From: an uncultured bacterium
Lineage (GTDB): Bacteria; Zixibacteria; MSB-5A5; UBA10806
Assembly (NCBI GenBank): GCA_965541585.1
Contig: CBEUCH010000011.1
Location: 1-64,000 of the forward strand
Reading direction: 5' to 3'
DNA length: 64,000 nucleotides
Shown in pieces: positions 47,906 through 57,682 of this stretch. Made by a program: the position numbers and the translations under genes. The notes beneath the pieces were generated by a model. It had not been told where the DNA came from and searched no databases. It saw only the letters and a program-made list of their open reading frames with translations. Every line of letters begins with the position of its first letter. Position 1 is the stretch's first letter.

Positions 47906-48913
47906 TTGGTGACCAGGCTTTATTCAATGATTTCGTTCAAGAGATCCCATGGTTGGTCTTTAAAAGCCGTAAAGATCCTGGCGATGACTTTTGGTTTGTT
48001 TGCAGGGATGTACGATCCGGCAGCGGGGCAGAAGTTCAGCGTCAACGTCAGCGTTTTTCCCGAAAGCCTGACTGTGGGTGATAAGTTTCTTTATGTAAAC
48101 AAGATTGATATTCAGGATGGTTACGCAGTCGAGCCTCTGCCGCTGACCGATAAAATGGGCGATGCTTTTGTCCTTTCAGATATATATAAACTCGAAGAAT
48201 CCAGCGACGGCACTGTCTCATTCGCCTGCACTCTGGCCGTTTATAAGCCCGGCGAGATAGAACTTCCTGCTTTCACTTTTGTAGCGACGGATACCGCGGG
48301 ATCATCGGAGGAGTTTGGCGGCAAGATTGCCAGAGTATCAATTCAGAGCGTTCTCCCTGCCGATACCACCGGGTTGGAAATAGCTGATATCAAAGAGCCA
48401 CAAAAGTTGACCGGCCCGATCTGGCCTTATTTTCTTATACCTCTGGCCCTGGCTATATTGATATATGGTATGATTCTGCTAAGGCGACGTTTAGGCGGTA
48501 AAGCTGAGCTTCCGATGGCGCCTCCCCGGCCGCCATGGGAAATCGCTTTTGAAAAACTGGATTCATTAAAAGCCAGCCGGCATCTGGAGTTCGGCCGCTT
48601 CAAGCTGTATTATTTTGAATTATCCATGATTATTCGCGGTTATATCGAGGGACGATACGATTTCCCCGCGCTTGAGAGCACAACTTACGAACTCGAAAAT
48701 GAAGATAGATTAAGGCCTGTGGATGATAAGTTATACAAGAGATTATTCGAATTCTTCTATGGCGCGGATATGGCGAAATTCGCTAAAGCTGTTCCCACCC
48801 GGGCGGAAGCTGAATCGGACCTTTCGTTCAGTTATGAGTTTGTGAGGGAGACCATTCCTGTAATCGAAGAAACGGTATCCGAGAAACCCGAATTAGCAGA
48901 GGTGGTGGAATAG
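47906..48913 (+). CDS. Bat-operon membrane protein (BatD-like Ig domain plus TM helix)
   Basis: IADIKEP, one TM helix, PPWEIA and ALESTTYE; occupies the canonical slot between DUF58 and batA. Confidence 0.75.
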   Translation: MVTRLYSMISFKRSHGWSLKAVKILAMTFGLFAGMYDPAAGQKFSVNVSVFPESLTVGDKFLYVNKIDIQDGYAVEPLPLTDKMGDAFVLSDIYKLEESSDGTVSFACTLAVYKPGEIELPAFTFVATDTAGSSEEFGGKIARVSIQSVLPADTTGLEIADIKEPQKLTGPIWPYFLIPLALAILIYGMILLRRRLGGKAELPMAPPRPPWEIAFEKLDSLKASRHLEFGRFKLYYFELSMIIRGYIEGRYDFPALESTTYELENEDRLRPVDDKLYKRLFEFFYGADMAKFAKAVPTRAEAESDLSFSYEFVRETIPVIEETVSEKPELAEVVE

Positions 48914-48914
48914 A

Positions 48915-49907
48915 ATGTTTCGGTTTAAAGATCCATTATGGCTTTTGCTTTTGATAGTCCCGGCGATGTATGTATACATTCGCTATTTTACCAGGTATCT
49001 GAAACCGCCGTCGATGCCATATTCTGACCTCAGTATGATCGACGGGATAGGATCATCATGGCGCACTTATCTCGTTTCCGCTATGCCCGTTTTGAAAGCT
49101 ATCGGTCTTTCAGTATTGATCCTGGCGCTGGGTCGGCCCCAGTCGGGCTACGGAGATACCAAGCAGACGGTTGAGGGTGTCGATATCATGCTGGCCCTGG
49201 ATATTTCCGGCAGCATGAAAGCCATCGATTTTAAGCCGAGAAACCGCCTTCACGTCGCCAAGGAAGTTATCCGCAAATTCATCGATGACCGTGAGGCGGA
49301 CAGGCTGGGGCTCGTGGTTTTCGCCCGCAGGAGCTTTACCCAGTGCCCATTAACCACTGATTATGACCTTCTCAAAAGCCTCCTGCAGCGAGTCGACTTC
49401 GGAATGGTCGAAGATAAAACAGCCATCGGATTGGCCCTGGCAAACGCGGCCAACAGGTTGAGAGATTCAGAGGCCAAATCGAAAATTATTATTCTCCTTA
49501 CCGATGGTGTTAATAACGTGGATGATCTTGCTCCCATAGATGCCGCCCGGGCCGCAGGCGCACTGGGGATAAAAATCTACACCATCGGTGCCGGCAGACA
49601 GGGTATGGTGGATATGCCGGTGGAAACACGATTTGGTATCCGTTATCAAAAAGTACAGTCTGAAATAGACGAAGAAGTGCTCAAGGAGATATCTTCAATT
49701 ACCGGAGGGAAGTTTTATCGCGCCAAGGATGAGTCTACTCTGCAACAGATTTACGAGCAGATTTCCAGACTGGAAAAAACGAAGATCGAGCTGCACAGAT
49801 TTTATCGTTACAATGAACTCTTCATGCAGTTTCTGATGGTCGGTCTGTCGGTCCTGATGGGCGAATTTCTGCTTTCCAGGACGATTCTGGGAGGGACGCC
49901 GCTGTGA
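48915..49907 (+). CDS. batA: VWA domain protein BatA
   Basis: LALGRPQ, MIDAS DISGSM, FTQCPLT and LLTDG. Confidence 0.9.
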   Translation: MFRFKDPLWLLLLIVPAMYVYIRYFTRYLKPPSMPYSDLSMIDGIGSSWRTYLVSAMPVLKAIGLSVLILALGRPQSGYGDTKQTVEGVDIMLALDISGSMKAIDFKPRNRLHVAKEVIRKFIDDREADRLGLVVFARRSFTQCPLTTDYDLLKSLLQRVDFGMVEDKTAIGLALANAANRLRDSEAKSKIIILLTDGVNNVDDLAPIDAARAAGALGIKIYTIGAGRQGMVDMPVETRFGIRYQKVQSEIDEEVLKEISSITGGKFYRAKDESTLQQIYEQISRLEKTKIELHRFYRYNELFMQFLMVGLSVLMGEFLLSRTILGGTPL

Positions 49908-50908
49908 GATTCTACGATCCCGAATACCTCTGGTTCTTCATGGCTATTCCATTGGTCATAGTCCTGTTGGTTTTTTTAGCAAGGTTTCGTAGAAAGACAG
50001 TGGGGAAAGTAGGAGTGGCAGAGACAGTCGGCAGGCTTCTCGGGAGCATAAACCGTCAGGCCGGTAATATCTCTATGCTAATGTTCTTTTTGGGCGTTAT
50101 CATTATAATCGGCGCACTGGCCCGGCCCCAGTATCCCGGCGGGGTGGAAAAAGTGGAAACCAGAGGCGGAAAGATAGTTATCGCCCTGGACGTTTCCCTG
50201 TCGATGCTGGCCTCCGATTTTCAACCCAACCGATTGGAGAAGGCTAAAAGAGAAATCATCGGTTTAATCGAGAGGCTGCAGGCGCAGACCATTGGCCTTG
50301 TGGTTTTCGCCGGTGAAGCATTCGTTCAGTGTCCACCGACGGTAGATTACTCGGCGTTCAGGCTTTTTCTCGATGTTGCCGAGGTCGGTATAATATCGGA
50401 TACCGGAACGAACTTAGCAGATGCGATCGAAGAATCCAAAAGACTGCTTGACGACGGCTCACCCGTGGACAAGGCAGTAGTCATCTTCACTGATGGCGAA
50501 TCTTTCGAGGGCGATGCCAGAAAAGCGGCGTCCGAGGCGGCTAAAAAGGATATCAGGATCTTTGCCGTTGGAGTCGGATCAGCAGCAGGCCGTCCGATAC
50601 CAGTTGATGAACGAAAAGGGGCGGCTTTGAAAAAGGATCAAGAGGGGGAAATAGTCATCTCTCGTCTGAACGTCGAGGAACTCACCGCTATCGCCAGGGA
50701 TGGCGACGGCAAATTCTTCAGGGCTACCCCGGGAGAGGCGGAGTTGGATGATATCTATGCCGATATTAAAGGCTTGAAGGGCGAAGAGAAGGAAACGAAG
50801 TATCGGATCCTATATGATGAAAAATACAGATGGCTGCTATTACCGGGGATTGCCTTTCTCTCGGCCGCATGTTTTATTCCACAGAGGAGGCAGAGCGAGC
50901 ATGAATAA
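49904..50908 (+). CDS. batB: VWA domain protein BatB
   Basis: ALARPQ, DVSLSM, VFAGEAFVQCP and FTDGE. Confidence 0.88.
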   Translation: MRFYDPEYLWFFMAIPLVIVLLVFLARFRRKTVGKVGVAETVGRLLGSINRQAGNISMLMFFLGVIIIIGALARPQYPGGVEKVETRGGKIVIALDVSLSMLASDFQPNRLEKAKREIIGLIERLQAQTIGLVVFAGEAFVQCPPTVDYSAFRLFLDVAEVGIISDTGTNLADAIEESKRLLDDGSPVDKAVVIFTDGESFEGDARKAASEAAKKDIRIFAVGVGSAAGRPIPVDERKGAALKKDQEGEIVISRLNVEELTAIARDGDGKFFRATPGEAELDDIYADIKGLKGEEKETKYRILYDEKYRWLLLPGIAFLSAACFIPQRRQSEHE

Positions 50909-51626
50909 TAAGGTGATATCCTTTTTCATAGTGATGTTTTTTGCCGCTACTGCATCGGGGGACGAGTATCGAAGTAAAGTTAACGAAGGTTACGAATATT
51001 ACAGAAACGGCGAATACGATAAGGCGACGGAGAATTACCGTCAGGCGGGCATCATAAAGCCAGACAAGGCCCTTCCCAATTTCGGGAGAGGGGCCGCCCT
51101 GTATAGATCAAATGATTTCGAGGGCGCAAATAAAGAATACAGCACGGCTGTCGATAAGGGCGACCACACGATCAAAGCCGATGCACAATATAATATCGGA
51201 AATGCCTTTTACAGGACGGATAATTACGGCGATGCCATCAAGTCGTATATCAATGCATTGAAGATCGACCCGGATGATGAGGATTATAAACATAATCTTG
51301 AAATGGCCTTATTAAAACAGCAACTACAAGAACAGCAGGAACAGCAGCAAAGCCAGGACGAAAACCAGGATCAGGAAAAACAGGAACAGGATAAGCAGGA
51401 TAAGAAAGAAGAGGATCAAGAGGAGCAGGATCAAGAACTGCAGGAACAGCAGCAGAATCAGGAGCAGGCAGATTCCGAGAAGAAGCAACAGCAGTCTATG
51501 GGTGAGCAAAAAATGAGCGAGGAAGACGCTAAAAACCTGCTGTCGAGATTCGAAGAGGACGAGAAGGAGATTCAGAAACGATTAAAGCAGGTCAATATCG
51601 GGAGAAGCTCAGGGCGTGATTGGTAG
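50901..51626 (+). CDS. batC: TPR protein BatC
   Basis: TPR repeats (YNIGNAFY, ALKIDPDD), a Q/E/D-rich linker and a C-terminal RDW. Confidence 0.85.
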   Translation: MNNKVISFFIVMFFAATASGDEYRSKVNEGYEYYRNGEYDKATENYRQAGIIKPDKALPNFGRGAALYRSNDFEGANKEYSTAVDKGDHTIKADAQYNIGNAFYRTDNYGDAIKSYINALKIDPDDEDYKHNLEMALLKQQLQEQQEQQQSQDENQDQEKQEQDKQDKKEEDQEEQDQELQEQQQNQEQADSEKKQQQSMGEQKMSEEDAKNLLSRFEEDEKEIQKRLKQVNIGRSSGRDW

Positions 51627-53391
51627 ACGGTTATTATTTAATACCCTTTTATTTATAGCCATTCTTACGATAGAGGTTCTTGCCCTGTCAGTAACGTCCT
51701 CGGTAGATCTGAACGAGGTGGAGCTGGGAAACCCGATCAATCTGAGCATTACCATAGAGGGGCGCGGCGGATCGCTGCCTGACCCGATACTCCCCGACCT
51801 GTCCGACTTCGATGTGTATTCGTCCGGGAGGAACCAGAGTATTTCCATCGTTAACGGCGCTTTTTCATCATCTCTCGAGATGAATTATACGCTTGTGCCA
51901 AAGAAGATTGGTAAACTCATTATCGGGCCTATAGTGGTCAAAAACAAAAGAGAGATGGTGGCCTCAGATCCCATAAAAATCACTGTAAAGCAGCCGGGGT
52001 CCCTGCAAAAGAAGCCTCAGGCGGGGCGGAAATCGACTACGAAACGGGACCAGAAACAACGGGACGATTTTTTTATAGAGCAAGCAGTTAATAAAACAAG
52101 GCCGTACGTCGGTGAACAGGTAACGCTGACACTCAAATTTTACCAGGGCGTTAACCTCTGGGAGCAACCTTCGCTCGAATGGCCAGAGTATGCCGGGTTT
52201 ACGGTGGAGGATTTGCCGCCGAACTCTCGTTCCTACCAGAATGTAAACGGTAAGAGGTATCTGGTTACCGAAATCAGGCGGGCTCTATTTCCCATTACCT
52301 CCGGTAAGGTTACCCTTGATACACCGCGATTGACGATCAAATCCGATGATTTCGGCAGTATGAGGAACCCTTTCAGTCTATTTGACAGAGATTCTTCGAG
52401 GCGGGGAAGACCCAGGGTACTCACTGCAAAACCGATTGCGTTGAACGTTAAGCCGCTGCCGCAGAAAAGGAAACCGGGAGATTTTTCGGGAGCCGTGGGC
52501 GCTTACAAGATTCGGGCGCAGGTCGACAAAGACTCCGTAGGAGTCGATGAGCCGATTACACTGAAAGTAACTTTATCAGGGACGGGCAATATAAAATCAT
52601 TGCCACCCGTGCAGATACCCGAACTTCCGGATTTCAGAGTTTACGAATCGGGAAAGACTGAATCGATCAACAACAAGGGGCGCGTTGTCTCAGGCTCGAA
52701 GACATTTGAACAGGCTATCATCCCCAGAACATCCGGAGTTTTCACGATACCATCCCTGGAGTATAGCTATTTCGACCCTGGCCGGGGTGTTTATAAAGCT
52801 ATCAGCACGGGGCCGATCCGAATTGCGGCCACAGGCGAGGGGCTTGTCGACGTTGGCGGTGCACCGAAGAACATCATAGATGCCTCGATGAGATCGTTTG
52901 CCTATATAATCACCGAATTTCCCGAACCGGCAAATAATATTGATCTATCATCTCGTCTCTGGTTCTGGTTATTGCAGGGAATACCGATAATCGGCGTGAT
53001 CGCTGCAGTGGTAGCCCGTTCGCATTACAGGAAACTTCTCGGGGATAGAAGCTATGCTCGCCGGATAGCTGCGACAAAAAGATCGAAATCGGTCTTCAAG
53101 TCCGCTGTGGTGAAAAAAAGGTCGGGGGATTTGCCAGGCTACTGTGGAGATCTTTACGATGCCGTGACAGGATTTATTGCCGACAGGCTTGATCTGGAGA
53201 GATCAGGACTAACCGTCGATGCTTTGCGTACCAGTGATCGAATTCCAGCCGAAATTACAGACGATTTGACCAATTTTCTCGAGAATTGCCAGACCGCCAG
53301 ATTTGCGCCTTCCAGCCTTGAAACGAAGGCCGCCGATGATCTGCTGGAGGAAGCATCGAACCTGATGCGGCGGCTGGAGAAAACGATATGA
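51616..53391 (+). CDS. batD: BatD family protein
   Basis: YVGEQV, FSGAVG, GTGNI and YFDP motifs; one C-proximal TM helix. Confidence 0.88.
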   Translation: MIGRRLLFNTLLFIAILTIEVLALSVTSSVDLNEVELGNPINLSITIEGRGGSLPDPILPDLSDFDVYSSGRNQSISIVNGAFSSSLEMNYTLVPKKIGKLIIGPIVVKNKREMVASDPIKITVKQPGSLQKKPQAGRKSTTKRDQKQRDDFFIEQAVNKTRPYVGEQVTLTLKFYQGVNLWEQPSLEWPEYAGFTVEDLPPNSRSYQNVNGKRYLVTEIRRALFPITSGKVTLDTPRLTIKSDDFGSMRNPFSLFDRDSSRRGRPRVLTAKPIALNVKPLPQKRKPGDFSGAVGAYKIRAQVDKDSVGVDEPITLKVTLSGTGNIKSLPPVQIPELPDFRVYESGKTESINNKGRVVSGSKTFEQAIIPRTSGVFTIPSLEYSYFDPGRGVYKAISTGPIRIAATGEGLVDVGGAPKNIIDASMRSFAYIITEFPEPANNIDLSSRLWFWLLQGIPIIGVIAAVVARSHYRKLLGDRSYARRIAATKRSKSVFKSAVVKKRSGDLPGYCGDLYDAVTGFIADRLDLERSGLTVDALRTSDRIPAEITDDLTNFLENCQTARFAPSSLETKAADDLLEEASNLMRRLEKTI

Positions 53392-54143
53392 AGCGATTTG
53401 GCGCACTTTTGTCCATAGTCCTGGCTGTAGTTCAATCAACTGCATTGGCAACTACAAATGAGGCCCTGTGGCATGAAGCCGCCGAATCCTATGACCGGGG
53501 GGACTACTCATCCGCCGTCGAAAAATACAACAAAATATTAGAACGTGGCTTTTCAAGTCCGGAGTTGTACTATAATCTTGGCAATTCATATTTCAAATCC
53601 GAAAGGCTGGGGGCCTCCATATGGGCTTACCGCAGGGCCTTGAAACTCGATCCAGACATGAAGCAGGCAAAATCCAATCTTCAGTACGTTCGCACATTTA
53701 ATGCCGATGAGATCGAGGGGAGACCAGGAGGATTCGTTCTCGATATCTGGTATTTTCTTACAGGACTTCTTACATCCAATGGTTATCTGATACTTTTCGC
53801 CGTGACATGGTGGATAATGGGGCTGGTGGCGGGCTTTATGATCGTTAGACCCGGCCCCGGGCCGACAGCCCATTATCTATTGATAGTCAGCGTCACAATT
53901 GCTATCTTTGCAGGCGCGGCATCGTTCAGAAGAATCAAACTGGACCGGCTTACGACGTGGGGAGTTCTGACGGCACAGGCGGCTGATATCCGCGAAGGCC
54001 CCGGAACAGATTTTCAGAAAATCGAAATCGGTCACGAGGGGTTGGAGTTTAAAATTCTCGGGGAGAGAGAGGACAGTTACTTAATTGAGTTGGGAAATAG
54101 CCTGATGGGCTGGGTCGAAAAAGAGGCCGTACTTATAATTTGA
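53388..54143 (+). CDS. batE: TPR/SH3 protein BatE
   Basis: LYYNLGNSYFK TPR, two TM helices and an IREGPG...HEG...GWV SH3-like domain. Confidence 0.85.
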   Translation: MKRFGALLSIVLAVVQSTALATTNEALWHEAAESYDRGDYSSAVEKYNKILERGFSSPELYYNLGNSYFKSERLGASIWAYRRALKLDPDMKQAKSNLQYVRTFNADEIEGRPGGFVLDIWYFLTGLLTSNGYLILFAVTWWIMGLVAGFMIVRPGPGPTAHYLLIVSVTIAIFAGAASFRRIKLDRLTTWGVLTAQAADIREGPGTDFQKIEIGHEGLEFKILGEREDSYLIELGNSLMGWVEKEAVLII

Positions 54144-55189
54144 ATTTCATCAAGAGAAAAAGGTTTTGGGGGCTTCTGCTCGCAGCCGGTTTACTGGTTT
54201 ACTGTTTTTACGATTTTGATTTCAACAGAGTTCTGGCCGCTCTTTCGTCTCTGAACATCAGATACCTGATCCCGCTTATATTTCTGGAAATCGCCATTGC
54301 CTTTGTACGTGGCGCCAGGCTCAAGATTATCATCGATCCGATCAAACGTGTCGGCATTACTCAAATATTTGCTATCTATAGCATAGGAATGATGACCAAC
54401 CTGTTAATGCCTTTTCTAACCGGCCAGGTGGCTCGTCTATATATAATAAGCAAGAAAACGGAGCTTCCGAAGACCTTTGTTTTTACCACCACGGTTCTAG
54501 AGGTACTGTTCGACGGGATGGCGCTTCTCGGTATCATTTTGCTGATTTCGCTTTTTATTGTTATTCCGACCCAGTTTAAAGCGTGGCATTTCATCGTGCT
54601 GGGGGTCATAGTCCTGGCGGTACTGATTTCACTTTTTGTGTTGTCGAGATCCCACGGGAAGAGCCACGATTTTCTCGGCAGGCTCACGATCCACCTGCCT
54701 CCGGCCACGAAAAGGAGAATCGATGATATAAAGAATTCATTCCTATCCGGTCTTCAGCTCCTCAGGAGCACGAAGCATCTGTTCGTTGTATCTGCACTGA
54801 CACTGTTATCATGGCTGGCCCAGGCGGCCTTAGTTTACATGCTCGTTCTCGCATTCGGGTATTCCATAAGCTTGTGGGGCGCTGTAATTATCACCGCCGT
54901 GGTAACGATAATGATGACCCTGGTGATATCACCCTGGAATATAGGCACATTTCAGGGAGCCACGGTTGCGGCCATGCAACCTTTTAGCATAACAAAACCG
55001 GAGGCGCTGGCGTTTTCATTCTTGCTTCATATCTTCGTCTACCTTCCCCCTGTCATGCTCGGCGCTTTTTTCTCATTTAAGGAAGGGTTGACTTTTAAGG
55101 AGTTGAGGGACGAAGGCGAGAAGGGGGTCGAGGAGATGGAGATGGCCGACGCGGTAACCTCTACGGATGAAAACTCTCCGGCGAAGTAA
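54140..55189 (+). CDS. Lysylphosphatidylglycerol synthase TM-domain (flippase-like, UPF0104) protein
   Basis: Multi-TM protein with NLLMP..GQVAR, EVLFD and SPWNIGTFQ patterns. Confidence 0.8.
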   Translation: MNFIKRKRFWGLLLAAGLLVYCFYDFDFNRVLAALSSLNIRYLIPLIFLEIAIAFVRGARLKIIIDPIKRVGITQIFAIYSIGMMTNLLMPFLTGQVARLYIISKKTELPKTFVFTTTVLEVLFDGMALLGIILLISLFIVIPTQFKAWHFIVLGVIVLAVLISLFVLSRSHGKSHDFLGRLTIHLPPATKRRIDDIKNSFLSGLQLLRSTKHLFVVSALTLLSWLAQAALVYMLVLAFGYSISLWGAVIITAVVTIMMTLVISPWNIGTFQGATVAAMQPFSITKPEALAFSFLLHIFVYLPPVMLGAFFSFKEGLTFKELRDEGEKGVEEMEMADAVTSTDENSPAK

Positions 55190-55396
55190 TTGATTTCTGA
55201 ATTTATCCTCGTCTAATAGAGTCGCTCTGAAATCTCAGAGTCAAATGAAGCTTTGCTGCGTTCTTTCAGTCTCTCGAGAAACGCCTATGATCGGGATTAA
55301 GTCTATCCACATTATCAGACAATTTCCAATGGTGGCCGAACGATATTCTGGCTATGCATAAAAGCTTCCACCTACAATAAGTCCTGACCTTTTGTA

Positions 55397-55426
55397 TTGA
55401 CACATCTGTCTATCTAATGTTAACTT
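55397..55426 (+). promoter_or_regulatory. sigma70-type promoter with extended -10
   Basis: TTGACA-N18-TAACTT preceded by TG-N; ends 8 nt before the TTG start. Confidence 0.5.
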
Positions 55427-55434
55427 AACAGACT

Positions 55435-56109
55435 TTGAAAGAGAGTTCGATTGTCAAAAAAGCGAAAAGGATTGACGAGATTCTGGCTGATACCTACGGG
55501 GCCAAAAAGCAAGCGAAATTCCGGAATCCTACCGAGGAGTTGATATTGACCGTTCTATCGCAGAATACGAATGATACGAACAGGGATCGTGCTTTTGCCT
55601 CTCTTAAGAAAAAATATCCTGGCTGGCGCGACGTCGCCGGAGCGAGGCCGGCCGGTATTGCCAGGGCCATCAAGGCCGGGGGACTGGCAAACGTAAAGTC
55701 GAAACGAATTATCAAAATCCTCAAGCAGATTGGTGAAAAGTCGGCCGACTATTCCCTCTGGTTTTTGAAAAAGATGTCGGATCAGGATGCCTGGGATTAC
55801 TTGATGGAGTTCGAGGGCGTTGGCCCCAAAACGGCGAGCTGTGTAATGTTGTTTTCTCTGGGACGGAAAGCCATGCCGGTGGACACCCATGTGCACAGGG
55901 TCAGCGCCAGGCTCGGGCTGATTCCAGACGGTTGTACGGCCGAGGGCGCTCATGATTGGTATGAAGAACTTGCCCTGCCCGTTGGTATCTATCAGTTTCA
56001 TATTAATATGGTTCAGCACGGCCGCACCACCTGTCGTCCTCAAAAACCAAAATGTGAAAAATGTCCTCTCAGAAGGCACTGCATATATTTCAGAGGGCTT
56101 CCCGGATGA
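55435..56109 (+). CDS. nth: Endonuclease III family HhH-GPD DNA glycosylase
   Basis: LSQNT, GVGPKTASC, VDTHV and a C-x6-C-x2-C-x5-C 4Fe-4S motif. Confidence 0.9.
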   Translation: MKESSIVKKAKRIDEILADTYGAKKQAKFRNPTEELILTVLSQNTNDTNRDRAFASLKKKYPGWRDVAGARPAGIARAIKAGGLANVKSKRIIKILKQIGEKSADYSLWFLKKMSDQDAWDYLMEFEGVGPKTASCVMLFSLGRKAMPVDTHVHRVSARLGLIPDGCTAEGAHDWYEELALPVGIYQFHINMVQHGRTTCRPQKPKCEKCPLRRHCIYFRGLPG

Positions 56110-57071
56110 TTAGAACGCTGAGCTATCATCCCGATGAGGGGGTCAAAGAGCACGAGGGTATGATATCCTTTGCAGAGCTGATCAATGATGACAACTATAC
56201 ATTCTGGGTTGATCTGGAGCGTCCGACTGACGAAGAAGCATATATTCTGACATCGGATTTTGAATTTCACCCTCTTGTTATCGAGGACGTGATAGTTGAA
56301 AAAGCGCTTCCCAAGCTGGATGTTTTCGATAAATATCTATTCCTGGTCTTTTACACGACCTATTACAAAAGCGAGGGCGAGCTCGGCACGAAAGAGATCG
56401 ACCTGTTTTTTGGCAAGAACTATGTTGTCTCTATTCATAACGACGATTTCCCGGTGCTTGATAAGATACGGGATAGATGTTTGAGGGATGAGCGGATACT
56501 CTCCCGGGGTTCGGATTTTGCCTTTCATACCATACTCGATTATATGGTTGATGAGTTCGTCGACGTGCGCAAATCGGTGCAGAAATTTATCGATCAACTG
56601 GAGGAGCAGGTCTTCTCGGGTCAAGCGGAGGCAACTATCCTCAAGAGAATTTTCGAGTTAAAGGAAGATATAGGTTCTCTTAACAGGCTGGCCTCCTCGC
56701 AGAGGCAAATCCTGTGGCGTTTCTCACGTGGTGAATACAAACTGGTTGGGAACGATTCAATTGTATATTATCGCGATGTTTACGATCATCTGAACAGTAT
56801 TGTCGAGCGTGCCCAGAATTTTGACGATATTTTATCCAATATTCTCTCGGTTTATCTATCTATGGCTTCCAATAAGACGAATGAGATAATGAAAACGTTG
56901 ACCATCTTTACAGTCATCCTGCTCCCGTTATCGGTAATATCAGGCATCTACGGGATGAATCTCGACTTTCCCGAAAAACATATACCGGGAAGCTATTTTA
57001 TGGTGTTGGGGATGATGGCTGTGATTATTGTCGGGCTTCTGTTTTTCTTCAAAAGGAAAGATTGGTTCTGA
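56106..57071 (+). CDS. corA: Magnesium/cobalt transporter CorA
   Basis: FHPLVIED, YYRDVYDH, NEIMKTLT and the GIYGMN signature. ATGA overlap with nth. Confidence 0.93.
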   Translation: MIRTLSYHPDEGVKEHEGMISFAELINDDNYTFWVDLERPTDEEAYILTSDFEFHPLVIEDVIVEKALPKLDVFDKYLFLVFYTTYYKSEGELGTKEIDLFFGKNYVVSIHNDDFPVLDKIRDRCLRDERILSRGSDFAFHTILDYMVDEFVDVRKSVQKFIDQLEEQVFSGQAEATILKRIFELKEDIGSLNRLASSQRQILWRFSRGEYKLVGNDSIVYYRDVYDHLNSIVERAQNFDDILSNILSVYLSMASNKTNEIMKTLTIFTVILLPLSVISGIYGMNLDFPEKHIPGSYFMVLGMMAVIIVGLLFFFKRKDWF

Positions 57072-57075
57072 GCTG

Positions 57076-57104
57076 TTGACATTGTAAACGACGATGGCTA
57101 TTAT
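57076..57104 (+). promoter_or_regulatory. sigma70-type promoter
   Basis: TTGACA-N17-TATTAT. Confidence 0.7.
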
Positions 57105-57133
57105 TGCGGCAAGTTATTGTCGGAGAGAGTCTA

Positions 57134-57613
57134 ATGGATAACGTCAATGTTTTGAGAACGGGATTTTTTGCGCCGGAGTTTTCTCTTCCGGATACCCGAG
57201 GCCAGATATTCTCGCTAAAGGATAACCTGGTAGAACAATACCTGGCCGTGTGTTTTTTCCCGGCCGAAGTAGATATGAGAATAAGGGGATTCTTGAAGGA
57301 TCTCGATTCGGATCTTCCAAGAACGTCGACTGATATACCGGTCGACGTGGTTGCCATAAGCCCCGAACGCACCAACTCGCTGGTCAAACTTGCTGAGGAA
57401 TTAAAGCTCAATTATCCTGTTCTCTCCGATCACCAACTCACTGTTTCCAATAGATACTATGTCACCGATTCAGATAGCTTCCGGCCATCAGTTCATTTTT
57501 CCATTTTTATAATTGACGATGAACTTATTATTCGTCATAGGGTTAGTGAGGTTCGGGGGATTTCCGGATTCGACTCCGCCGAATTAAGATCGACGATTTC
57601 CAGAATGCTATAA
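57134..57613 (+). CDS. AhpC/TSA (BCP-like) redoxin-fold protein lacking the peroxidatic Cys
   Basis: APEFSLPD..G, VVAISP, LNYPVLSD and FIID motifs. The PxxxTxxC site reads PAEVDMRI. Confidence 0.75.
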   Translation: MDNVNVLRTGFFAPEFSLPDTRGQIFSLKDNLVEQYLAVCFFPAEVDMRIRGFLKDLDSDLPRTSTDIPVDVVAISPERTNSLVKLAEELKLNYPVLSDHQLTVSNRYYVTDSDSFRPSVHFSIFIIDDELIIRHRVSEVRGISGFDSAELRSTISRML

Positions 57614-57682
57614 GAAAATTATTGAAACTTAGTCTGCAATAGAGTATTAATACTAGTAGAACGGGCGTGAGCCCGATTTGTT

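Noticed and set aside
51313..51500. CAG/GAA-rich low-complexity tract
   Set aside because: This is the usual Q/E-rich linker of BatC, not a separate repeat element.
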